Source: Lama glama
Taxonomy: Eukaryota
DNA: 64,000 nucleotides
Direction: 5' to 3'
Assembly: GCA_028534125.1 (NCBI GenBank)
Contig: CM052817.1
Span: forward strand, 102,860,001 to 102,924,000
Below are positions 37,563-51,120 of this stretch, piece by piece. A program made the translations under genes and the position numbers. The notes under the pieces were generated by a model. It saw only the letters and a program-made list of their open reading frames with translations. It was not told where the DNA came from and did not search any database. The first letter of the stretch is position 1. Each line of letters starts with the position of its first letter.

Positions 37563-39407
37563 AGTTTTTTTTTTTTAATATAAAGTACCAGAAACAGTTC
37601 AGGAACTAAAGAAATATGATCTTCTATTTTGATTATAGACATTCCTTTTATAATTCCAATATTCACTTTCACAAAATAACAAACCCCCAAATACAGACTA
37701 TTACATAGCAAAGAAAACATAGAATTTTGGTAGGGATTGATTAATGCTAACATTTTTATTCCATTTCCCATTACTAGCTTCCATGTATTTTTGAACCAAT
37801 AAGAAATACTACCTTTTTTAATTAAACTGGTTTTTTTATTATTATTACATCTTTTTATTATGGGATACTGTGGCCATGGTGTCAAACACGTTAAAATGTA
37901 CCAGACTCCCGGAGGCCACTAACAAGGGGATGAGGCCACCAGGAGACTGGCTGGAGGTGGCCCGGGGTGGTTGGAATGAGCTCAACCAAGGCAGTAAAAA
38001 GGCACGTGGTGCCAGATCTGAGGAAAATATTCGCATGCTTCTTGCCTTTTCTTTTCAAGTGAATCTTTTTCTCACTGCCTTCAGCTCCCTGGGACATTTT
38101 TCTAAAGCCAGACTCAAGGTCTTTGTGTCTGATTTGTAAACACCACTTTCTGTGCTTAAAATCCACTTGACGTGGAGGCCTCATCCTTTTAACTCCTAGT
38201 TGCCAGGACAAGTGCAGTCAGTTTGAGTCACGTATCAGAGGGGACAGAAATGATATTCTGAAGCATCAGGGTGTTTTTCTCTGTGGCAGAGCGTTTCCCA
38301 GCAGGCATTTTGCACTTGAAAAGGGAAGATAAACACCACCTTGAGAAGGAGGTAGATATGACCTACGGGATTTTCCAGCAAAACAGAAGGGAGAAATAAA
38401 AGAAGCGCAGAGAAATCTGAAGGGTAAGCGAGGCAGCAGGAGACTCAGTCACGAAGAGCGTTCCAGCTCCCACGCCAGGTGTTCAAACAGCGAAGGGCAC
38501 AGGGGAGGGGCGCGGCTCGGGCACGCTGAGAGGAAGCTGAGGGCAGCGGGCACTTGGAGATCTGAGAGGGAAGTGCCCACCTAGTGGACCTCCTCCAAGG
38601 CGGGGCCAGGCAAGGCTGTGCTCCCAAGCCCTCTCCAGCCCCTGAGGGGCAAGGAAGGCCATTAGGATATTTCTCTGAGCCTGGTGTAGGATGCAAAGGT
38701 AGCTGGCGGCGCTGCGTTAAGATTTCCAAGGGAGTTCCTGCAACAGAGCCAAAGTGGTCCTGACGTGACAAGCAGAAGGACAGACTGCCAGGACAGATGG
38801 AATGCCCTGGAGACCCTGGGATTTTCCACAGTGATATTGAACTCCAGGAGGTTGGCGTCAGCAGGGACACAGGCCTGCTTTCCACAGTGAGCACCAGCCA
38901 AAAGGAGACAGTAGCAAGCCCCAAGACCAGCAGGGTCACCCCTCAGCAGAGGCTGGTGAGAACCCAGGGCCAATGCTCAGATCGGAGACCTTCTCTCACC
39001 CCAGACCATGATGTCCAAACCAACCCTCTCCCCTACTCCCGTGCACCCAGATAACATCCCAGGGAGTGTATGAGGTCAAACAGATCAGACAGGGAGGTGA
39101 ACAATTATGCAAAATGAGACTGAGATAACCACTTGGCCGTTTAAGTACCTATTACCACATCCAGCACCACGACCAGCATGCAATGAAAACTTGAAAAATA
39201 GGACAGAGAAAAGAAAAATGCTCAGGATTTGTTTTTAGTTTGCTTTGTGGGGTGGGGGAGGAAGAAGGGGGTTTGGGGAGCACATAGGGTAGAGTATAAA
39301 CTTGTGAAGTCTTAACAAAGATGTTTTGGGAGTTTGTACAATTAAGGCAACTTTAACATTCTAATCAAAAGTGGTACACATACCCAGGTAACGTAAGTGT
39401 CTTACTG

Positions 39408-39968
39408 TGTTAGGTAGTTAGAGTAAATGTGGGCACCAGGCAGGTAGGTAGAGGAGAGGGAGGAGGGTCCGGAAGATGGGGTTATGCCCGCCTGCAGCAT
39501 AAAGGGGCTTTACCTTCTCTAAGTGAGAACCAGCAAGAAACTCGTTAGAACCCAACAGCTGCAACTGTGCAGTAGCGAGAAGAACTTAACCAGACACACC
39601 CCAGGGCTCATTGTAATGTAATTAGCACTGCAGTTTAGCTCCCTCCAACCCCCATGGGTTTTCCTGTGTGCATCATGGGTATGGACATGTGCAAAAAGGG
39701 ACGAGCATGACTGAGCGCTCCAGGGGCAAGAGCTGTCAATCAATCAAGAGACCACCTCTAAATAAGGGTATAAGAGAAGGGAGCAAACAAAGACCATTGC
39801 TATGCCCTTGGATCAGCCCGCCTCCCGTTCTTGGAGGGGTACTTTCCCTTTGCTAATGATAAGACCTTTAAAATCTTTCACTACACAACGCACCATCTCC
39901 CGTCTGTAATCCTATCTTTCAGGTATGATGAGAACTGGGGTCTTTTCCCTTCTCCTTTTAGGGTAACA
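39408..39968 (+). mobile_element. ERV solo LTR (ERV1-like)
   Basis: Inverted termini TGTTA...TAACA, 561 bp. caatcaatc and gtataa promoter-like motifs at about 39737-39773. U5-like 3' part. TSD not clean (actg vs gcag). Confidence 0.75.
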
Positions 39969-42027
39969 GCAGTACAACTGATAACAGCAGTAGTATCTAA
40001 CCAACACTTACACTGTAGCTTTCACAGATTTTTTCCATATATCAAACAGTTCAACGTCAAAATTCATTCCACAGTATGACAAAGCTTTTCTCAGAGGAAA
40101 TTTAAATTTTCAAATCAATGCATATAAAACGGACAGCTTTATTCACAGAGTCAAACGAACAAGGAACACATTACTGATTTTAATGTATTAAAATGAATGA
40201 TTAATATATTAATAATTTAATAATTATATAAATAATATAAAATTACAATTGATTTATAAATTACATAAACAAAATAATTTAACTATAGGATTACTATTAT
40301 GTTTTCATGCTTTTAAATGTTTTTCTGACCAGTAAATCTGTTAAAGAACAACAGGTTACAAATAAATTCTAAAAAACAGGAGAGAATCTGAATTAAGACT
40401 TTCAGAAAATCCAGCTACACAGTCTTCATGTCGAGCCTGGTGGCTGAGGTCCATCTTCTGAGTTACGCATGGTTTCTGCAGACTCAGATGAGGTAAGGTT
40501 TATAAGTTATCCCTGTTTATGAATCTGCCCTTTATTTTGATGTAAACAGCTATACAGATAAAATTTTATAAAGATGATGGGAATAAGGAATGACAAATAC
40601 TGTTGGGAATACACACTTTCTACCCACAAAATATTTCAACTGAGTCTCCCAGTAAAAACAAACAATCTAGAAGAGATGGTGACCAGAGGAACAAGTTAAA
40701 TAACATTTTCAGAGTTAAAAGCATATGGCAACACGCCAAATAGCTGAAACAGCAGTGTCAAGGGTTCAAGGGAAAGGGGTGTGTTGGGGGGCTCTCACGA
40801 GTGTGGACTAAGCAGGGAAGTTTCTGATCTCAGAAGCCTCTGATGGCATTCTTTCCCTTTGCTTCTCATCGCGTTTCATTTCATTCTTTGTGCTTCCCCA
40901 AAATAAGTGCCAGAGTTGGCAGAGATAAGTGGCATGAAACACTGGACTGGAAACATCTCACCTGTTCCACAATGTACAACCCCTGTCTGAGTTTCACGCA
41001 AAGTTAAGTCCCATTTGGCACTTCAACTTGCATTCGAACTCGTAACAGTCGCTCCTCCAACACGCTTAATGATCAACTTAACGTAGCTTCTGCTTTACTG
41101 CTAAATGCCATACAGGGGGTCACACACTTTGCTCATCAGTTATCCAGGCATCAGCTAAGAACCTGTCTTTGCCTCAGGCCACTGCCTCTTTAAATGTAGT
41201 ATCTCAGAATGAACTGCTGGGTGGAGAACTACCCTGAGCAGAGCACGAAGCCAGTCACTGCCATCTCCAAGACAGGCTCACTTGAAGGACTTAACACTGG
41301 AGGAAGAGGAAAATAAACCCAGTAGAAACCTAACTGTGTAATAAGTGAAATTAAGTTTAGAAGAAATTAAAAAAATTAAATTAAGCTCAGAACTGAAAAC
41401 TACCAAGTTACAATTCAAGATAACTCTCCTACGTTATTAAAATGATTCTCCATCGATCTTAACACTTGAGTCATGGAATACAGTCAGATCCTTAGCTTTA
41501 CAGTCTCAAGAAACATAACGACTCATTTGTATCAATAACCCCACGAGATGTATTATAAATTACATTGTATTACTTTTTTACAAGTTAAATTCATCAACTA
41601 TTTATGACTAAAGACGTCATTTATAAAATAAGGATAATAATTATCTTATTTCAAAAAGTTGCTGAAGACAGAAATTTAAAAATACTTAGAACAATGTCTA
41701 ACACAGAATAAGCACTTTATAAACATTTGCTACTGTAATTGTTAATTCTTCAGCCCCCTAATATAACTGGTAACATATTATTTAAGTTCACTGCATATGT
41801 TTCCTTTTGGAGTGCTTATAGATCATAACAAACATATTTCCTCTCACACATTACTTCAATGTTTGCATTTTAAAAGAACTTCTCAGGGATCATAAAGCAG
41901 GTAAGATAAAAAGAAAATATTCTGGTTTACCGTCTACCCAAAAGAGAGTCATTTCATTTGTCGAGGTGAATAGGACCCTGAGAGAATTTATCTATAGTTT
42001 TTGTTTACCAAAGGTATTTCTTGAAAG

Positions 42028-42180
42028 CAAGGGTCAGCATACTTTTTCTGTACAGAGCCAGACAGTAAATATTTTATTATAGTCTTTGTGGGCCATAAAT
42101 TCTCTGTTGCAACTCCTTAACCTGCCATTGTCATGCAAAAGCAGCCACAGTCTACCTGTAAATGAAAGAGTGTGGCTGTC
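42028..42180. mobile_element. MER58A-like hAT MITE (partial)
   Basis: caagggtcagcatactttttctgtacagagccagacagtaaatatttta...tctctgttgcaactccttaacctgccattgt...aaagcagccacag. Confidence 0.85.
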
Positions 42181-42974
42181 TCTTAGGCAGCAGGTAATTA
42201 TTTACACAGAAAACAAAATCTAATAGACCATAAAAGAGCATGCACCTATGGCATAATAAACCATCTTTAAGAACTCAAAACATTTTAAATCTCTTATGTC
42301 ACACTTAGGATGATTTGCCCATTAATTCTTTAATATAGTTCCTCTGTAACTACGACTGCTGGTCTACAAACCAAATGGGGACATGCTGGCCTTGAACACT
42401 CATATTCCTCCTCCTTCTCCGCTTACCAACCTGGCTGACAGCTGAACTCCATTGATTCAACCTGGGAGAGTGCACCCAGGCCTTGATTTCTGAACATTTA
42501 TAGATTTGAAAGTACTGGTTTAATTTAGTGGCCAAATTAGTAAAGCTCTACCGGTTCAGTTTCAACCAAGTCGACTCTTTACTGGGATATTTATTAGGTT
42601 AAGTGAAGTTGTGGCAAATTCATAATGAGCAGCTAATCTTGATTTTTACACTCCTTTTGATGGTGGTAGAGGGAGTAGATTGCCAAATGTCAGACTGCAG
42701 ATAGATTTAATCATACAAACAGGGAACTGACAGATACAAAGGGTGGAAAAGTACTTAACTGTGTTATAGAACCTTTCTCTTCTCAAATAATCTACAGATA
42801 ATACTTCATAAGCCCCGAGCCATGAATAGCAGGTACTATTAGTTCATTTCTAGAAGGAGAAGTTCAGATATCAAGAAATTAGGTGTAAGAGAAAGTCAGC
42901 TGCTTGGCTGGAAAGAGAAGACAGATTTTCTGAACTCTCAAATCACTGTGGTGTCTACTACATAACTGCTTTTT

Positions 42975-43094
42975 TTTTTTGATTGAAATACAGTCAGTTA
43001 CAATGTGTCAATTTCTAGTGTACAGCACAATGTCGCAGCCATGCATATATATATATATACATATATTTTCTTCATAATTATTTTTCATTAAAGG
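42975..43094 (-). mobile_element. Very short L1 3' end with about 14-bp TSD
   Basis: Poly-T then gattgaaatacagtcagttacaatgtgtcaatttctagtgtacagcaca, the reverse complement of the 3' end type at about 58795-58840. Flanks cataactgcttttt (42961) and cgtaactgcctttt (43095). Confidence 0.85.
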
Positions 43095-43939
43095 CGTAAC
43101 TGCCTTTTTATATCTGGATAGTTCCAAAGAAAATCAGCAAAAGGAGTTATTCCTCTTAAACTCTCTTCTCCTGAAAAAAGTCAGATTTGCTAAAGGGAAA
43201 CTCATGCAAAATTTGTCTACTTTCCAGCTGATAAAAAGATTGATTTCTGCCAGAATACTCTCATTTCCTTTTATGACAGACTCTAAGGGAAGATACTGAT
43301 TCTCACGGATGCAAAAGAAAATTGAGTGTGATGGTGGCTTAGGCCGAGCTGAGGACCACTAGCTCAGCACTGTTGACCAGCAACTGGTCACCAAGCCAAA
43401 AACTGGCGCTGCGTGTTGTCCACATGTCCCAGAAGCCTTGGCACCATTTCCGTCATCATGCTGTCTGCTTGTTTCAGGGGGGCTGAATGGGATAAGACTA
43501 CACCTTGTTCACCTGCACCTGCGAATTAAATCAGCAGTTTTATTTACCCAAGTCCATTGTCCCAAGGGGGTTATTCAAATTCCAGATTATTTCGAGGGAA
43601 CTTGATGGGGGGAAGTCAGGCACTTTGTGAACAAACTGGATGTGTTGTTACTGACTTCTCTGCACAAGCCTCAGCTTTAACAACGAAGCAGCAGATCAGG
43701 CACAAGTTAAGACGAGTACATTAGGCGGGAAAGCGCCTGACGAGACCTTCAGAGTGTGCTCCAGGCTGTCTGTGCTTGCGATGCACACGTTGGGCATGAA
43801 TCAATGGCTCCAGTGCAAAAGGGCTACGTGATAATATTTACTTATCACAGCTTTGAAATTCTGGGGGGGAATCTTTGACATTTTAAAGCAACACAAGAAG
43901 AGCATTTTTATTCAGTGATGATGTCCCCACCACACTGAA

Positions 43940-44300
43940 ACTTCTCAGCATTACTTAATGTACCAGGGCTCTCATAACTCCAAGCTTTCGCCTGTGCTGT
44001 TCCTTTTGTCTGTGATGCCCTTCCTCCCCTTCTGGCCAATCCCTCCTCTCCACAATAGTGATGTCAGATTCCCCCTTCTGTCTGCTCTCTCATCACAGGT
44101 AAGGGCTGTCCTTCCCTGTTCTGTAGACCTTTGGTGGCACTTTTATCAGAACACTTTTCACAGCGGTCACTTCTGTTTGCATGTCCATCTCCCCAGTTAA
44201 ATCACAGGCATTTAGAAGTCAGGCACTGCATTTCCTGGTCTTCTGTGGCGGTTCACTCACAGCACAGAGGAGGTGCTCGTGTCAGGTTGAGTAATTGGTT
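43940..44300 (+). mobile_element. L2 3' relic
   Basis: gctgttccttttgtctgtgatgcccttcctcc...ctgtttgcatgtccatctcccc...cagcacagaggaggtgctc. Confidence 0.65.
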
Positions 44301-44622
44301 TAGTAAATTACTTTGACTTTGTTGGGCTAGAAGAAACCTTAGATCTCATTCGGTTCTGAATTTTAGAGGTAAATAAATGAAAGCATGTAAGCAACACGTC
44401 CAAGGTCATACAGCCAAGTGCAGGCCTCCTGACCCACCTTTCACTCTGTACAAGCCATACCTTAGAACATAACTTTAAAAAAATTGCATTTAGCACAAAA
44501 CAGACAGCCCCTTACTCTTCTCCGTCAAGCTCCATGTAGCTGTTTAAGTAAGAAGAATGGAAAGAGAAGAAAGAAGAAAAAGGAAAGAGATCAGGAAGAA
44601 GACAAACTGTCACTACGCCTAG

Positions 44623-44843
44623 ACCAGGGCTTCTCGGTCTTGGCACTCCTGACATTTTGGACTGGGTACTTCTGCTGTGGGCTGTGAGCTGTCCCGTGCA
44701 GCACAGGACACAGCAGCACTTCTGGCCTCTACTCACTAGATGCCTGTAACAACCCGCGTCCCTGATTGTGACAATCAAAAATGTTTCCAGATGTTGCCAA
44801 ATGTTCCCTAGGGACAAAACTGCTCTTTGGTTGAGAATGACTA
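44623..44843. mobile_element. MER20 hAT-Charlie element
   Basis: cagggcttctcggtcttggcactcctgacattttggactgg...tggcctctactcactagatgcc...gtgacaatcaaaaatgtttccagatgttgccaaatgttccct...ggttgagaa. Confidence 0.9.
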
Positions 44844-47800
44844 TCCCAGGTGAACAGTCTCAGAGGAGGTAATCCTCCTACATTACTTCAAGCAAGTGCC
44901 AACAGATTAGCACATATAGTACACTGGCTTCAAACCAGTACTCTTATATTCAGCACAGAAGCCAGACTCTGAAATGCTTAATCCTCTTACATTTTTATTA
45001 ATCCATTTTATTAAAAACAATGATGTTGTCACTTCGTCTATGGCTGCTAGCACAACAGCTAGAGCAGGAAAATGAAAACAAGCTGAAACGTCCAGTCCTA
45101 AAGGGACTAACACCCTGAGCATGTTCTAGAGACAATCTTAATGATTTTTATTTTAGTTTTACTTTAAATTTGCTTAACGGTCCCTTCTCACAAATTCAAT
45201 GGTCCTACAAAACACAGCCCAAGAAGATAGAAATTTGTGAAAGAGTAAGCCAATATCCTTCACTTGATTTTAGTAAAATCCTCCAAAAGCCATGCCTTTC
45301 TTATGGTAGCAAAAGTTCCTGACTGAGATTTTTTAATATACTTGCTTTTTTTAATGTTTTTAATTCTTAAAGATAGCTCCAGTAGTTAGAGTTCTGCTCT
45401 AGAGTCTAAATAAGTAGCATAACATCAAATTCACATTTCAAAGCTGTAATACCAAGCATGAATAGTCAATGGCCAGAGCTACTCAGGTTTATTCTGATCA
45501 AGGAGCTGGGATTGATTTTAAAAAAGAGAATAACATAATTCTCCATTCATCCAGTGCAATGCTGACTTATGGGCAATGAAACCTTATGATGACTTCATAA
45601 GCACAGTCCAATACTGCAGTGGCTCAAGCGTACAAACCATGAGGTTCCAATACAGCAAACAACAGAGTGAAACAGCCGAGTTGGCCCGTGCGGCGATCTG
45701 GCTGGGAGCACCCGGGGTCTGGCCTCCAGCTCTTAGCCCTGGCATGGCACCCCTGGGTAGCAGCTGTCCACTCTGGCATAAATATCACCGAAGACAATGC
45801 ATGGCACAAATGCCAGCTGAGATGTCCAGAACAACAGGAGGAATCTCTAAACACCAGGTGATTGCATCACTAGGATTGTGCAAATTGGGCCCCAAGGATA
45901 CTCAGACTCTCCCTTTGCCTTCTGCTTCTTGAGACCGAGGAGCCTCTATTTCCCTCCCTGCTTCAACCTCCCCAGTAGTCTTTCTACCCCCTTAAGAACT
46001 TCAGCCAGAGGATAAGAGCAAACTGCCAATCACATTATTTCCAAATTTCATTTACTCTGGGGTTTTAATAGAGTCATATTTCTTAAATGCATTTCAAAGG
46101 AATATTAGAGCTTTAAGATTGAAGTTTTTAACCAGAAACCTTTCCCATCCAGCATGCTATCTCCTCAATAAGGTCTTAAAACTTGAGTTCATATGTTAAA
46201 AAATAATTAAATAGACACAGATAAAAAAGATAAGTAGATAGAAAAATCTACAGACAGACACACAGAGCCACAATTTGTTATTTTACTTCTATTGCAACCA
46301 ATAGGTTTTCAAGTTGTCTGAGAATCTAGGATGCTACTGGGGCTGGCAGATCACCAACTCTCTGGCCCATGATATTCAAAATTTAATCTTTCATTTAAAT
46401 TGCATTATTTTCCTACCCCAAAGCCTCAATAAATAAGATAGGAACAATCCTCATATTTCAGATTGACTTTTCTAGTAATTAATATTATATGACTCTACTT
46501 AAAGTACTTCATATAATACTTTATTGAAAAGTTTGAAAAGTGACAGATAAAATATTGATAATCTGTTAATTCCAAAAGTCTGTGATTTCTGATTATTGAC
46601 TAGAGAGTGAAAAAAGGTTTTGCTATGTTTTGGGTCTTGATAATGTATCAGACATCATCATGTTTAGAGAAAATTTCTGCTTTTTCCCATTGCCCTGCGG
46701 CATGTGATTGTACTATTTATACATATGCAACGGTTCCTAGGCCCACAGAGGCCCAAATGTTGTCCACTCTCAGTGCCAAGCCACATTTGAAAAGGAAAGT
46801 GGCTTACTGCAATTCTGCTCAGAGAACGTACCTTTTTGTAATTTATTCAAAGACAAGTACAAGTTAATGACATCCCCACCTGAGAGACAGAGGTACATAC
46901 AGCAGCTCGAAAATCACTCAAATGCAGAAAACCAGGCACAGGAAGGAATCTCAAGTGACCAGAGGCTAACACTCAAATCTGCTGGCTACCAGATCCTAAA
47001 CCTCTGAGAAAAGCAAGCTCTGTCTAAAGATCACAGTCCTAAATTTTCGATTTATACCCACATGTAAATTCTGAAAATCATAAGACATTGCTAACAAATA
47101 GTCCAAATTATGGAAGTCATGTTCTTTTTTTTTTAATTTCTTTGTCTTTGTAAATATCGGTCTTTTTATGCAACAGGGAAAAATCGAAAAATCAGTGTGG
47201 CACATGAGCCTCCTTTGAGTTGCTGGTGCCTATGTATTGATATGTTTGAGGGAAACACTTCTGAGATGTTCCAGTGTCTAATGAGCACCTGTTAAGTCTG
47301 AAGAAGTCATTCTAAAATCTCGGGCTGGAAGACCTAACAACAAGGAAGGAGAGGAAGCAGAGAGACATGGGAGGAAAGGCAGGGAAGGAAAACTGTAATT
47401 ATAAAAAAGAAAGGGAAAAAGAGCAACGAAGAAAAAGCAACCCCAGTTTTCTGAATCAGGGTAATTACAGAATGGTAAACAGTGTTCATGCAAATATTGC
47501 TCTTTTTAAATCGCTCTTTCAATTGCAGGCTTCAAAAACAACCAATAATGAAAGATCACAGAAATATTTGATGCTAATACGTTTAGATAGTTTCAGAACA
47601 GTTTATGATGTTTAAAGTATGAATGCCCAGAGAAATGAGTTCCTCACCTCCTGTTACTCATTCATTTTGACTTGTTTCTTCCTCCCAGTGTTCTTGGGGC
47701 GCGCTGTCCCCCGGGTTCCAGAGCCCCAGTGAGCTGTCCTGAAATTGGCCCTGACAAGCCACAGCAACCCTGGTATAATGAGTTCTCTGTCTTTCCCTTT

Positions 47801-48654
47801 CATCGACAGCCTTCCAGAACTCATCTCCAATGAAAAAATTCATCTTTGACTGCTATCCTGTTTATACAGTTCAGGCTTCGATGTATTTCTTCTCAAACTC
47901 TGCTTACTTTCCTTTTTGTGCATTACTTTTATGTTTCTGTCCTTCTCTGAGTTTTCATTCTAAACATGTAGTATGATTCAATAAATTTTTTTAATTGTAA
48001 ATGGTAGTGACAGATACAGCTAAAGAGTTTCAAGCCACGGAACTGTGTCAGTTGAAGCACAGTTGTACACACCTGTCAGCAATGCCTGCGGTTTTATCAC
48101 TCACTAGGGCCAAAGACTACTCTTCTTTCTCTGGTCCACAGCTGACAGCTTCACCTTGTCCTACTTCAAAGCACCAAGGGAAGGGTGCCCAAACACTTTC
48201 TACAAAACCTGCCAGGATGTCTATGTGATGTGATACCTACAAAGGGTCCACAGGGCATAAAACTTAGGGTCAGGAGACAAGCAGGAAAGTCTTACCAACC
48301 TTGGGAGTAGGGGAGGAAAGAGAAAACAGAGTGGAGAAAGAGAGGGGAGCAAATGGAAAAGTTAGGGAGAAGGCAGGGGAGAGACAGAAGGGAGGGCTGA
48401 CAAAGACGGTCTGATTCCCGGATGTGCCAATATGCTACAACTAAAGCTGCTTTTCATAAATATTTCAGTATTGTGTTGTTATTCTATGTATTTCAGCCCA
48501 TAATATATTAATTCCTATTTCTTATCCATTTTTTTAATAAAAGTTTTGTAAGGAAGATAACCTTCTCTAAAGTTGTTGAATAAATTACCTAGATTATTTT
48601 AAATATTTTGTTCTAAATCTTACACCCAAAAGGTTAACTATTTTTTTACAGTCT

Positions 48655-48835
48655 GTTACAGTTAACAAAGTACTTTTACATATTTAATCTCATTTGGTCC
48701 TCACAACCACCTAGTAGGGGAGACAGCGCAAGGAATCAGATCTGAAGCTCAGAGAACTTAAATGACTCTCTATTAAGTTGATTACAGGGAACCCTACAAT
48801 ATCCGGTGCTTCTTGCTCTATGTACCATGCTCCTT
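48655..48835 (-). mobile_element. MIR relic
   Basis: acaaagtactttttacatatttaatctcatttggtcctcacaaccacc...tgaagctcagagaacttaaatgact. Confidence 0.7.
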
Positions 48836-49379
48836 CCAGTTCTCACCATTTTAATATGTTATGGATTGTATTCAATTAAAGAAAATACCAATACGTGAAA
48901 CATTAATTTATATGATATCAGTTCAAAATTTGTTTACCAGAGTCAGATACATGCCATTAGATAGAAAAACAGAAACCAGTTTGAATCTTTACTTACTGTA
49001 GAACTTTGTTGTCCCTTCTATATAATGAAGTATTATAATTTTATACAAGAGAACTAGATTCAGCTGTACAAGAGAAATCATCTTCTCCTGATCTGCAAAC
49101 ACCATAACCTTATAACTTACAAATAGTTAGAAAAAACTATTTGAAAGGAGATTTAGAGCCCCAGGACTCAATGAGAATCAAACTTGACGGTATTATAATA
49201 TTTTCTATTATTTCATCACTTTCTCCTCTTAATCTCTGTTGTTAACAAAACTCTATCTTAATAAAAGCAAATATAATGACTTCTCTGTTTTGCCCTAGAG
49301 GAAAAATCCAAAACTCGTCCCCTGTAATTTATCACAAAGGAACGTTATTTCTACTGTTTGTATTATCCATTTGCACACA

Positions 49380-49422
49380 TCTGATACAATTTACTGAGTT
49401 TTCTGATACAATTTACTGAGTT
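49380..49422. repeat. Perfect tandem duplication, 22-bp period
   Basis: tctgatacaatttactgagtt(t) twice. Confidence 0.9.
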
Positions 49423-51009
49423 GTTCTCCTTGGGAATTCCTACATGGTTAGCAATTCATGAAGTAACATCACTGAAGAGAAATAAATCTGTACTGAACAA
49501 CAATGCTCAACAAAAATACTCAAATTATAGCAAAATTGAAACTATTCTCAAACATAAAAATTCTGCAGCTTTGCCCACTTATGCATTTCTAAGTACATTT
49601 ATGTTCAGCTTTATAGTTCACGAAAATTTTAAATTAGACTTTCTACATTTTCTCTAAACTTTATTGATGAAAATTTTCAAACAAACTCCAATTTCCTTAA
49701 AGTAGTCCTAGGAAAACAACAAACTGAACATTTTACATCTTTGTACTATGCTTGTCACCAGAGATACATAAGTATTGATACTTGAGAAACATTTCCATAG
49801 ATTTATTTGAGGTCAGTGGCAAGATTGGGGGTGACATAAACCACACACGGACTATACCCTTTTATATGGCTGACTTCATACAGATCTCAATCAATGAAGG
49901 AATTCCGCTGCCCCAGTTAGGAAGTCACTTACATTGACACTGACCTCCCATCATGAGAAGTCCAGGTGCTTCTTCTTGAACTTCAAGGGCTCGGGCAGCC
50001 CAGGCATTGCCCCAACACTGCTTAGAGCAGTGGTCAGTCTGGAAGTAAAGAAGCACAGTAGTATCCCAGAGTGAGTGTTTTAGACAAGGCCTTCGAGAGG
50101 CACCACGACTGCATCCATGTTTGGCCACATGTCATTTGAGACTATAACATTATATACCACCACAGCGAGATAGGATGATGAACACCTAGAATAAATTGTA
50201 TTTTTCCAATGGATATATCATAAAAGGTTTATAAACACATTTTCCCATATTGCCATTCATTTGGAAATTAGCTTTAATGGCATGACAATATTACAACTCC
50301 ATATTTAAAAGAATTCTGGAACACTGAGAAAGCCAATGAACTGTAGATAGTATATGAATCGTATTATTGTCTATAAATTGGTACAAAATCGTAAGAATTA
50401 ATATAAAACATGTAAAATTACTTTAAATGATCTTTAATGACAATATATGTTTTTTATTCTACCATCTTTAAACTTTAATTATATCCCATAATTAAAACTA
50501 GCCTATTACACATGTATTACATTATTACTGAATAAAATCAAATATAATAAATATGTAGCATAAAATTTAGAGTCACAAACTAAAAACACACTGTATTTTC
50601 TCCTGGCCACAGATTTAGGGAACAGCTTGGCCAGTCCAATTCAGGAATAGGGGCTAGGCCAACATCTTCACTCACTTCCCAGTGCTTCACAAAATACAGA
50701 TGTACAATACCTCTGAGACTCATCCATCAAAACAAGAGCTGACTACACATGGTAGGTCTATCCCAAGGTTTCTGGGGACCACACAACCTCATTAAGAAAA
50801 ACACAATCGGAAGTAACCGTAGGAGAGCAGTGTGGGAGGGTAGCAAAAGCACTGGTTTAAAAGGAGGCCAAGATTCTTTCCCAATTCTGAAGGCAAATAT
50901 CTCTATGACTTCACTAAAATCTAGAGCATTTTTGCTTCCTTCCTAAATGTTGCCAAAAAACAAAAAAAACAAAACAAAACAGATGGATGATTCTGACATT
51001 GACATCATG

Positions 51010-51120
51010 GTAGAATCACCAGGGGAGCTTTTGATAACTAGGACTGTTCAAGCACTATTTACAGAGATTCTACTTTAATGCATCTGCAGTCTGGCAATAG
51101 TAATTTTTAACATCCCTCAA
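51010..51120. mobile_element. MER5A-like fragment
   Basis: tagaatcaccaggggagctttt...cagagattctactttaat...tttttaaca. Confidence 0.6.

Noticed and set aside
38445..39054. Overlapping 164-, 103- and 85-aa ORFs
   Set aside because: Expected by chance in GC-rich DNA; no recognisable protein similarity or processed-pseudogene hallmarks.
39159..39180. REST/NRSE-like site tccagcaccacgaccagca
   Set aside because: The left half matches but the central GGAC core is broken (GACC), so binding is unlikely.
40190..40300. Extremely AT-rich patch
   Set aside because: Low-complexity sequence with no periodicity or termini.
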